Part shown: positions 23,670-36,498 of the stretch, piece by piece
Position numbering within the stretch: the stretch's first letter is position 1
Layout: every line of letters begins with the position of its first letter
Assembly: GCA_045837725.1 (NCBI GenBank)
Contig: JBEWZL010000272.1
Coordinates: forward strand, 1-64,000
Direction: 5' to 3'
DNA from: Vermamoeba vermiformis
Lineage: Eukaryota
DNA: 64,000 nucleotides
Translations under genes and position numbers: made by a program
Notes under the pieces: model-generated
Database searches by the model: none
Told to the model about the DNA's origin: nothing
The model's input: the letters and a program-made list of their open reading frames with translations, nothing else

Positions 23670-24790
23670 CTTTGGATGCGAGTTCAGATCGGGGACTCAT
23701 GTTGCTCATCTCGTGCCTGTTGACCTGTTCTATTGAATGATACTGCAGATAGCTCAATATGAAGCACACATCACAATTTAAGCCACATGAAATCTCACAA
23801 CACTAAAAATAATAAAATTCTACTGGGGAAGATTTTTATTAAGTTTATTAACCCGAAATTTCTCCTTTCTACTGGCCCAGCTACTTATGCTTTAATATAG
23901 AGAGCTCCACATCAATTCATATTATTTCTGCCATCAGGTATAGTAAGCAAAGCAAATAAAAAATTGACTTTGGATCGGATTCAGATCTGTGCTCACCTTG
24001 CTAGTTTGGTGCCTGTTGACCTTCTCTTTGCCCATATATTGCAGACAGCTTGATATGAGGTATTGGCAACCCATTTGAGCAGCATTAAATCTCAAAGTAA
24101 GCGCAAGAAAAATCTACTGCAGAAGAATTTTATAAATTTTATTCGAATGAAATTTCTCGTTGCTGTTGGCTTTGTTTATTACCTAGTGACTCTAATTTGT
24201 TGGTGCTCGTGAGTTTAACTATACTGATGCTTTCTATTAGGCAGATTTAGTCATTGGTTGTGAAAAAATATCGGATCGGTTTTCGAAGAACACTGGAATG
24301 TGTCAACTTTCATAGCTATACTTCCCTTAATACCCAGTGCTTACCAGCAATGGCCTAACTTGTGAGTGTTCCTATTCCTGCACAATTCCACCCTGTGAGA
24401 TTCACAGCAGGCTCTCTGGGATTGGTCCAAAAACTTTTTGTTTCACAACTTTGGTTCACAACAAAAAAAAAATAATTACACACGGGCTTCCTTGTGCATT
24501 CATTTGGTTGCCTTTCAACTAACAACTGCAGGGACCGGGTGGAGAGTTGCAGAGCTTCTACTTAATAGGATGCCTAAGTCTCGGACCTTCTTTCTAAAAC
24601 TTAACTTCCCCGCCAAGATCTTGCTGCATGGTGGTCTTTGCACTAGTAGATCGACAGTGTGGTGCCTTGCGTTGCCTCTAGCACTGCTACTGCATGCTAG
24701 GGTCCTGGAGCCCTAGACTAACACTTCCTGTGATGTGATTGGTCCAAAAAGTTTTTGTTCACTCTTTGAACCACAACAAAAAAATTTCGC
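23670..24790. repeat. Degenerate ~300-bp-period repeats in the upstream non-coding region of element B
   Basis: TGGAT..TTCAGATC..GTGCCTGTTGACC..TGCAGAYAGCT at ~23672 and ~23971. AAAAT(T)CTACTG..GAAGA at ~23815 and ~24110. GATTGGTCCAAAAA..CACAACAAAAAA at ~24420 and ~24737. Confidence 0.65.
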
Positions 24791-25244
24791 AAAAGATTTT
24801 GTTTTTGTTTATCTATTCTTGCAGCCACAACACCACCACTCTCATGCACAGACAAGCACAGTGTGTTTCCCATGGTCGATTGCTTGGTGCACTCCTGTGT
24901 GGTAATACACTCTGCGTGTCTGTGCACTCCTGCGTGAGACTGTTTGCCCATCTGAGCCACGGTTGCCAGGTAAGTCACTTTTTAATTTCTTGAGCAGTGG
25001 CTATACCTGAAATAGTATGCCACTGTTTTCCCATTAATTACATGATTGGTTTCAATTTTTTACGACACCAAGGCTAATTTTTGGATGTCAAAATTTTTTA
25101 TTCCAGATTAGCTCAAATTTATTTCTTTTACTTGATTTTTTCACTTGTGCCACTAGGCACTTGCCCAATTAATTGTTTTATGGGCCAAATTCATTATACA
25201 GCCTTTTTTTCTGAACTGGCACCTCGATGTGCTAATCCTGGATG

Positions 25245-26040
25245 AGCTGTTCCAAGTGGAACCAGCCCTTTCAGACTTAGCCTGCCCCAGTACTATGTTT
25301 CTGCGGGGAACTAGCCTCAATTGGGCTTTGTTTCCTCACCCCTGGTTCCTTGTGGAACCGACCCTAGTTTGGACTTTGTTTCTTTCCAAGGGTCGGTTCC
25401 TCATGGAACCGGGGTTTGCAGGACTTAGTTTTTTTTCACCCCCGGTTCCTTGAGGAACCGACCCCTGTAGGACTTAGTTTTTTTCAGGGGTCGGTTCCTC
25501 GCCGAACCGGCCCTTTTTGGACTTTGTTTTTTTTTGACCCCGGTTCCTTGAGGAACCGCCCCCTCTTGGACTTTATTTTTTTTCAAGGGTCGGATCCTCA
25601 TGGAACCGGGGTTTGCAGGACTTAGTTTTTTTTAACCCCCGGTTCCTTGAGGAACCGACCCCTGTAGGACTTAGTTTTTTTTAACCCCCGGTTCCTTGAG
25701 GAACCGACCCCTCTTGGACTTTATTTTTTTTCAAGGGTCGGTTCCTTGCCGTACCGGCCCCTCTTTGGACTTTATTTTTTCCCAAAGGGCAGTTCCTCAC
25801 AGTACCGGGGTTGCTGGACTTAGTTTTTCTTGCCCCCCGGTTCCTTGAGGAACCGCCCCTTGTTTGAACTTCAATTTTTTTAACAGGTTGGTTCCATGCG
25901 ATACCTCCCCCTGTTAGACTTTGTTTTTACATAGGACCAGCACCACACAAACCAGTCTTCCATGTGTCTGTACCCCTGGCTCCTTGTAGAACCACCCCTT
26001 GTTCAACTTTAGCTTTTCAAAGGGGATGTTCCACATTGCA
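25245..26040. repeat. Palindrome array 2: ~12 clear units plus degenerate flanks, ~49-50 bp period, CGGTTCCTTGAGGAACCG plus GGACTTWG(T)n linker
   Basis: Cores near 25343, 25394, 25443, 25492, 25541, 25591, 25640, 25689, 25739, 25790, 25838 and 25889. Confidence 0.92.
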
Positions 26041-26461
26041 CCAGGCAATGTTTAACTTAACATTACTTAACTTACTTTAGTCTACAGCCTATCTTTGGAC
26101 CGCAGAGCTTTGCTTTCACTGCCTTGCCAAATAAAAACACCAGTTGTAACTGTTTTATGTAAAAATAAAAAAAACTTCAAACAAACTCTTGCTGTTCTTT
26201 TCTATTTATTGTTTTTCATACATTTATTCTAAGTAAATTAAAGTTAAACTTGTCTCTTAGTGTTTTTATTTTGGCATGCTTTTCGATGCAAAAGTGACGG
26301 CAAAAAGACAAAAAAAGTCAAAAATTTAACAAAAAAGGGGTTTAACTGGACTTTAAACTCTATAACCCTTAAATTTCTATAACCCAGAAGCCTACTATAA
26401 TACTTAGTCTTACGACTTGAATTATATGAGTACTAGAGGATAGGTCCGTTCATGGCGGCAT

Positions 26462-26532
26462 TTCCATGCATGGAGCTACGATGGGAGCATGGCCCATTTG
26501 GTCACCCATGTCATGCGCCTCCATGCATGGAA
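26462..26532. other. GC-rich hairpin: 14-bp inverted repeat TTCCATGCATGGAG / CTCCATGCATGGAA
   Basis: Arms at 26462-26475 and 26519-26532. CATG-rich loop within AT-rich surroundings. Confidence 0.75.
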
Positions 26533-27323
26533 TTATTTTTTTCAGGGGGAGCCCAGTTGGCCTGGTATCCTGATTTGCAACGGATCGGGATCGGGATTTT
26601 TCTTCCTGATTGGTGCCCAATCGGGATGTTTTCAAATTTTGAGCAAAGCCATTAACTTTTTTCTGTGTTTTTCATGAAATTTACAGGCTTTTTATTTTTA
26701 CATCGTTTTTGCTGGAAAATACAAGGTTTTAAATATTGCCCTTTTTCGACAAAAACACCTATTCCTATATCCCTAACTCCTAGGAAACAGTAATATGTCA
26801 GTATTAAATTTTCCATTAATACGACCAATCAAATATTCATAAATCATTAAATATAAATCACCAAAGATTGATCCATAGCATTATTTTAATTCGTAATCAA
26901 TTTTAAATTCGAATGTATAAATCCAAATCTTTGCTTAATTATGGTTTTTATTTAAATTACAATATACTGACATATTATTTATCATTACAGAAACATGTAA
27001 CAATTGATTTGCACGATCAAATTGCCTTGGTTATTGGTAAAAGAACGAGAACTGCAATCACGTAAGAGTTATTAATCTGTTCGTTTTATTATATATGGCA
27101 CTAATTTAGTTAGCATACAATTCTTTGAGATCTGTCGCGTATTCCAGCTCGTAAGTCGTAACAAATTACTATCAGCACTAATTAATAGAATTCATAGCAC
27201 TCAAAAATGATAATGATCACGTTCATGCATTAAGTCGGCTCACTCGAACAACCGCAACGGTCAGTAGAGGTAATTTTTAATGGTTCGAATTTTGTTTAAC
27301 GGGCAATATTAGTTGCTATGGGT

Positions 27324-27610
27324 CGCATTGTCCAGTCATTGGACGGACCCTCTGTGCCGTGCCTTCAACGTCCTCTTCTTCTCAAAACCTGCGTGACTTG
27401 ACTTGCACTGTCCAAGACTTGGACGCTTAGTGTTGCGTGGCTCGCACCTCCCGGTTATTGGTATCCTCTACACCGTGCCATCAGTGTGCCACTGTCCAGT
27501 TATTGGACGGTCCCTCAGCGCGTGGCTCGCACCATCCAGTTATTGGACGGTCCTCTCAGTGCGTGGCTCGTACCGTCCAGTTATTGGACGGTCCTCTCAG
27601 TGCGTGGCTC
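27324..27610. repeat. Palindrome array 3: ~40-41 bp unit, ACCGTCCA-GTTAT-TGGACGGT plus CTCAGTGCGTGGCTC
   Basis: 3 clean units at 27490-27610 and 3 degenerate units to the left. Confidence 0.9.
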
Positions 27611-27910
27611 TCCTATCATAAAGTTTAGTACACTTTATTTAATATTTTTGTTTCATACCATGCCATCTGGAAAATAGGCCAACCAAAATGGAGATGAGCC
27701 TGCTGGAATGTGCAACACTTCCTGATTTTTAACTCCAATCATGTGGAGGTGCTCTGCATGTGCAAGATTTTCATTTACATCTAAAGTTTAGAAAATCAGC
27801 ACACATAATGCTAATAATAGTAACACTTACCCCACTTGTTTGCATCCTTTGGTTGGGCAAATAAAAGCATGCCATTAGCACTGCCACCAAAATAGTATAG
27901 CAGCATTGAA
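27611..27910 (-). pseudogene. Truncated paralog of the JmjC-like part of the ParB-JmjC gene (third element remnant)
   Basis: Exons read YYFGGSANGMLLFAQPKDANKW | DVNEN..KNQEVLHIPAGSSPFWLAYFPDGM, versus LFHAGTANGRLIFAESKSLNPW | ..KPGEVLHIPATANPFWLAYYPDTD in copy B. Intron positions and phases are the same. Confidence 0.8.
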
Positions 27911-28573
27911 ATCAGTTTTGATGTCCAATAGTGGAGTAACTGCCTGCACAGACTGAGGAGTTACACTGACTTTACTTAGGCACATGACTCACAACACAGT
28001 TGAACTTCATGATCAGGTTGAAGCTGACTTCACCTGATACATGTCATAACAGTGGCAAGGTCATGAACAACCCCTACTCCCCAGGTCACCACCATCAAAT
28101 ATGCCCATTGGCAACCAGGAGCCCTAGTCATACATCCAAATTTTTTGTCTTCATTGAGCAAGACTAAGTGAGAAAAATCAGCACCAACCAGGTACTTGCA
28201 GTGAGAATCCTTCAACGACAATTATCTTGGCTCTCACTTCCCAGGATGAGTTGCCAGCTGGACCATATATCAGGTTCAACCACGTCAGGCTGCAATTACT
28301 GCCCAGACAGACATGTAAAGGCCTTCAAAATGGTCAGATACAATCCATGGGTTTGCCAACAATCTGCACACCAGTGGATGCCATACTAGGAGACTTCAAT
28401 AATCCTTAACACGTACAGTCTCTACAGATTCTGTCATTTAATTATAAAAGAAGTATTCCACTGGTGTTCCAAGACCATGCTGGGCAAAACGTAAATTGGA
28501 TCTACAGAATACAATCAGGTTGGCTCTACATGTAGACACAAACTAAATTTAATTCAAAATTTAATGTACAATT

Positions 28574-31500
28574 TCAAAAAGTGTAATCATAATACATGTC
28601 AGTCATTTCTTTGTTGGAGTTCTCACGCTTGTTCACTTCCTTGCGAGTACCGCTCAAAAACGCTTCCTTGCTGGCATTCTTCATCTTGAAAACCACCTTG
28701 GCTTTTTTGTCTTGCTTGGATTTGAATTTGCCTTCATCTTCACCGCCGCTAGAGTCGTCACCGTCGAGCAGTTGATCGTTCAATTCTTGAGCTTGTTCAA
28801 CAAAGTTGTAGTACTCTTCTTTCTGTGTCATTGAACTCGCAGCCTTGGAGAGCAAACGATCAGCAGCAACCAGCTTCTTTTTGACTTCTTGTTTGAGTGC
28901 TTTAATGGCTTTAGGATCGTTGGCTTGAAGAGCAAGCTTAGCAGTCTGTTGCATGGTCGTCAGGCCCAACACTGCCGCATCGACTTTCGCCTCAGCTTCT
29001 GCGCGGTTCGTAGTCAAAGGACGTTGTTTTGTAATAACTCGCAAATACCGATAGCCATCTAGAACACTCAGTCAGATCTACTGTAGTAAAGGATGAACAT
29101 AGTACTACATACCTAGACGTGTATAATAGATTTGAGCCTGGAAATTGCCAAACTTCTTTTTGGACTTCTTTTCATTGTTGTCTTCGTCTTTTGCAACGTA
29201 CTCGAACTCAAATGTCAAATCTGTTTTCTGCGTAGCATTGCCGACCACTTGCTCAGTAATGTGCGGTCGGATGGACGGTGCGCTGCTTGGAACGTTGCTC
29301 GCACTATCCTTATCCTGGTGCTTTGATTTCTTCTTTTTGTCTGGCATGAGGTTGGAGTTGTTGTTTGACGCGATATCAGCAGTGAGTTCGGGAATGATCC
29401 AGCGGAAATTTCTCGGCGCCAACAGCTTCAAGCTGGTGTTCGTGGCAATCACGGGATTTTGCGAGATTCGCACAATCTGAGTGATGAGTTCAAGTGGGTG
29501 CAACACGTTCACTGTGCCCGAGGTCACGTCAGATATGATACCGAGTGTCTCTAAAGCGCAGCCACTGTCTTGATTCTCGATGCCAATGATGGACACTTTG
29601 GTTTGTTTCTCTTTGGCTAAGTTGCCGAGTCTCGTGTAGAACTGCTTGTTCTTTTCGTCAAATTCGGCGATCAACTTCGCATTGTCCTAGTGAAGCTGTA
29701 AGTTCTTTGTACGCGATCACAATACAAAAGTTGCCTTACCTTCTTCTTGCCCTTCTTCTCCAAATCATCCTTATCAAAGCTGCCAACACCGACATTGCTC
29801 AAGCCGTCAGTGCACAGAATGATTTCAGTGCCAGGTACTTGGGAAGCCAGACCGAGGGACACTTCATTGAACAATTAGTGCGAGTTCAGCAACAACATAA
29901 CTGCGTGCACTTACCAACAAGAGCGGGACCCAAAGCCGTAGAACCTCCTTCAGCCAAGCTCATTAATTGCTCTTGCAACTTCTCACGCGTGTCATTGAGT
30001 GGTTTAATCGAATCAGCTTTGAATTCTTTGGCACCAAAGTTGAACAAGAACTCTTCGTTGGACAACTTGTCGCCAGCAATGATCACCGACGAGTCTTTCT
30101 TGGAGTCCAAACCCACAACTGTTACTTCGTGGTTAACTGCACAAGCGGAGTTAGTTATCAATCTTCGGTAATAGACAGAGGTCATATTAACTCACATGTT
30201 ATCAATACCACGCGCTTGTTCGGGTTCTCCAACAGCAAACGTGACAACTGCCAGTCAAGCGCACCTTTCAAGCACTCGAGGCGTGACACGTACAAAGCAC
30301 CACGCTTTTCGCCAGGCAAGTATTGATTGCCCTCGTGAATGTGCTCACCGCCTTCAGCCCCGACAATAGACATCTTGTACGCCTTGCTCTTCTTCTTGGC
30401 GGCATCAGGGTTGTTCTTTTGTTGCAACTTCTTCCACTCGTTCATTGAAGGCGGCAAAGGCTCCGTGACGCACATGCTGCCACTGATGTCAACGCACAGC
30501 ACGAGGAGTCCGTGCTCGTTCAACTTCTTTTGTTCTTCGGACGGCACTTCGATCAAGTAATCAACCGTGTCGTTCTTTTTGAAATCGAGTTCTTCCTCCT
30601 CGGCATCAACTCGATTCTTGTGGCGACAAAAGTCACAGCGCCAGTATTTGACTGTCAATACAGCATTAATCATTCATTACGAATCCACGAGTGCGACGTC
30701 AGTGACGTACCTTTCTCGACCGTTTTGATCTCCGAGTACATGGACAGTGCTCCACTGCATTTAGTGCACAGAATGGGCTCACCTGTCATTGGCACGACTG
30801 CATCGCCCAACGAGCCTGAAGCACAGTGTTAGTACTAGTGTGGCGGAATTGAATGTTAACGTGCGTACCTAATCCCATGGCAATCACGTTGGTGCCAGCC
30901 TTCTTGATTTTGACTGGATCTTTGATTTTGACCTCTTCGGGCTGCTCTTCTTCGTCCACTTTGTCTTTGTTGTCCGTGCTCTCAGCAGGCACTTTTTGTT
31001 TTTCTTTCTTGCCTTTGGGTGTTTTCTTGCCTTTCTTTGAGGGTTTTTGCGCAAATTCAAGATCGAACTCGTTCAACTTGCGATAACTAATGAAGTAATT
31101 GTTGTTATTATCGACCCGTTGATCATCACAGAGCTAATAATACTTACGAGTCCTCGATGGTCGGATCGTACTTCTCGACGAACACACCTTGCACGTACTG
31201 CACAGTTAGTGCACTCTTGCCGACACCACCGTTGCCCATCACGATCACTTTGAAGTCCGTTGCTGTTCACGCGATATTAATAGGCTGCCATTGCAGCTGA
31301 CAATAGGAAACTTACAATCTTTCTCGGTGCGTCCTTGCAAATTGACTGCTTCTTGAACAGCGAGTCTGAATGCTTCGGAAACATTTTGACCAGTCTTAGC
31401 AGAGGTCTGAGGCGTTGCCATAGTTAGCAAAAGAAACTAAAAAATATTAATGAGACCGCGTACCTCGATGAACGGCAATCCGAGCTTTTTTGCCAACTCT

Positions 31501-32094
31501 TGCCCTCTTTCAGTACTGATAAGACGCTGCTCCTCCAAGTCTATCGCAAGTACGTTTAAATATAAATGAGCGAGAAGGTTTGATGGCAAACTTACCAGCC
31601 TTGTTGCCGACGATAACGGCCGCTATCCGATCCGTGTCTTTAACTCGGGCAATGCAGTCATATAATAGCTGCACAATATTATAAGTATAATTTATGCAAT
31701 AATTACTCGTGCAAGGACACGTACCGGAATGTTATCGAAACCACTGCCAGAATTAATCATGTAGACCAACAAAAAACAGTCACCATTTTTCATGTATAAA
31801 TCTCGCATGGCAGTAAATTGTTCGGTACCAGCTAGTTAAAAGGGCGTTAAAATAATTTTAAAAATTAAATTTGAATTTCCAATCCGAGTCTTTGGTTGTG
31901 CGCTTACCAGTATCCAAGATTTCCAGCATGCATTGGGCCGTAGATTCTTTGCCATTATTTTTTCTTCGGACTGCGCGCCTGTTTTGCGCCTTCAGTGCCG
32001 GATTGAAAGCCTGATTCGGGGCAAGATCAGTTTTTTCTACCTCCTCGAACTCTTCGGCATTACTGCACAGGACATATTCACTACCAAACTCCAT
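28574..32094 (-). CDS. cpras1: Circularly permuted Ras protein with Sec23-type zinc finger and vWA domain
   Basis: [20 protein letters not shown]-x-D and ETSAK precede [18 protein letters not shown]. Then WRCDFC and [18 protein letters not shown]. Matches the Dictyostelium CPRas architecture. Confidence 0.85.
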
Positions 32095-32251
32095 TGTGTT
32101 CGTAATCGGTATTGTTATTGGCTAGAACTGTCGTGGCGATATTTTTGGCTCCACGCGTTGGTTTTTATTTGAAAAATTCACCGAACGCTAAACTAATAAA
32201 GGAATCTTTTAATATTATTCAATCGATATTTATTTGAAATAATGACATACT

Positions 32252-33614
32252 TCACGCAGAATCATGTTGGCGATTCAAGGGCCTATCAATCTCGTCGAAA
32301 AATAACGAGATGAGCGCTTGTACCACATCCGAACCTTTGTACCTAGTAGCATAAATATATTTAGAAACGTGCACATTCTAGTATAGCACTTACCTCGCTC
32401 TTAATAGCATTGAGTCGTTGACTGAGGCATAATGATTCATTCCCTCTACTGTCACGCTGTACGCACCTGCATAAAGAGTCATTTAATTAATCCACGCAAA
32501 TCCCACGCCGTATCGTCACATACCAGGCAAGTACTGATCTTTCAACACCACCATGCCGTCATTATTCTCGCCGAGGGTGTTCTTCATGTACTTCCAGAAC
32601 GGATAAAAGTACGTCGCACTCTCTGAGGAATAGAACCGTAGGCATTAGAGAAGTCACTTCACCAACTGACTCTACTCACCAGCTGTGCAATAAGCACCAA
32701 AATTGAGCACGGGGATCTTTAAACTCTTCGTGATCATGTGCTGTTGAAAGAACTGTTTCTGGCTCTCGTACGTCAAGTCACGCACACTCGACACGTCACC
32801 GCGCATCAGTCCTTGCACGAAGAGTGTTTCAAATGCGTAGCTCCAACGCTTGTTACCAAGAAAGAAATTCTAATCGAGGTGGTGAGGTCTGGAATTTCGA
32901 ATAATTCGTAATATAATTACCGCTATCGGAGACCCTCCGAAGGGTGTCTGCAAAGTGATCAAGCCGTGCACTTTGTCTTGCAGCTCGGGACTGTTCAACA
33001 GCGCTGCGAGACTGTCAATGCCTCCTGCAACAAAATTACGTATTAGAGTCACGTGCCGTTCGATTGCAGCGTCAATAATCTCACCTTTACTGTGGCCTAT
33101 GACGATTACTTTTCTCTTCGTAGTGTCAAAGCTGCTATTGATGTGTTGCGTGACAATTTTAGCGTTGTGCGCGATACCATTGCCCGTGTCAACTGGAGCA
33201 ATTTCAGTGTACAGGCCAAACTTCTTCAGGCGATTGATACTTTGCGTGAAATAGAATGGACCAAAGCTGCCAAATAGTCCGCGGACGAAGACGTAGGAAT
33301 ATTTGTGCGCATCTCCGTGCAACTCGTCGATCGTCTCTTTGTCGGACGATTTGCGCGCATCAACGATGCGGGTAATTATTGGCATAAATTTTGCGGTCAA
33401 ATCTCTAACAGTTAATTTGTTACTAAAGCGTCCAGAATTTTTTCCTGCATCCATACTTGGTTGGCGGGGCTCCTTCGCGCGATAATAACCATCCAGCATT
33501 ACCACCCATGCTGAACAAATTTAAAATGAGAGCTCAATATTTTTGCGTATTCGTTGCAGAAAGAAAAAATTATTATTATCGAAATTACGCTGTTGCTTAC
33601 TCAGAAACTGCCAT
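32252..33614 (-). CDS. Alpha/beta-hydrolase (lipase-like)
   Basis: FVRGLFG oxyanion motif; IGHSK|GG nucleophile elbow across an intron; QTPFGGSP; NDGMVV. Confidence 0.8.
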
Positions 33615-34089
33615 GGGACTGTCTTCTTTTAGCGTGGCATAATTATGTGACTTAAAAGCGGCTCGTTGAGCTCGAGCAACTCGCGGGAGCTGGAATACAA
33701 CGTCAATTTTGATCGGATCCGTAGGATTCAATCTTTTGCCTTACAGTACGGAAAAACATGATGGTGTACTCAAATAATTACAATTAATTAATAACATGTT
33801 GCAACATCAATCTCCGTTTACTTGAAACAAATCCTCGCGACAGTTCACAAGGGAACACGTGGGTAGAAGCCACGCGACTGGTCCGATCAAAAGGGAAAAT
33901 TTTTGTTACCCAGTTAGTTTATTCATTCAATTTAGCGTGTTATGCAACACATATCCCGTGTTTTACAACGCACTACTCGATTATTGAAGAAAACTCAGTT
34001 TAAAGGTAAAGATCGGTGTTAGTCCTCACCAAACTGTTAGAAAATTACTAAAAATTACATAGAATAGCTTATTCACTAGTGCAAAAAAT

Positions 34090-36400
<2,311 letters not shown>

Positions 36401-36498
36401 GAAGCGGACCGAATTTCTATCTGTACAGTTTAATTTAAATTTTCCTTATTATAATATATATTACACTACTTTTTTTACAAGTTATTCTACGTCTTATT

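Larger units (their letters stand above)
11821..26640 (-). mobile_element. Element copy B: Rep-like gene Y, gene X, ParB-JmjC gene, non-coding repeat region and palindrome array 2
   Basis: Same gene order and orientation as copy A. Visibly CpG-poor. Shared dispersed motif throughout. Boundaries approximate. Confidence 0.6.

Noticed and set aside
1-28500. Helitron, Polinton/virophage, giant-virus insertion or DDE transposon
   Set aside because: I could not recognise HUH/PIF1 helicase motifs, PolB, packaging ATPase, capsid, DDE or tyrosine-recombinase motifs, or terminal inverted repeats. Remote homology cannot be excluded without HMM searches.
1-28500. Bacterial plasmid contamination or chimeric join
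   Set aside because: The genes contain many canonical spliceosomal introns, with positions conserved between paralogs.
27910-28500. Further exons of the remnant, or a retroelement fragment
   Set aside because: Multiple stops in the frames examined and no motif I could align with confidence.
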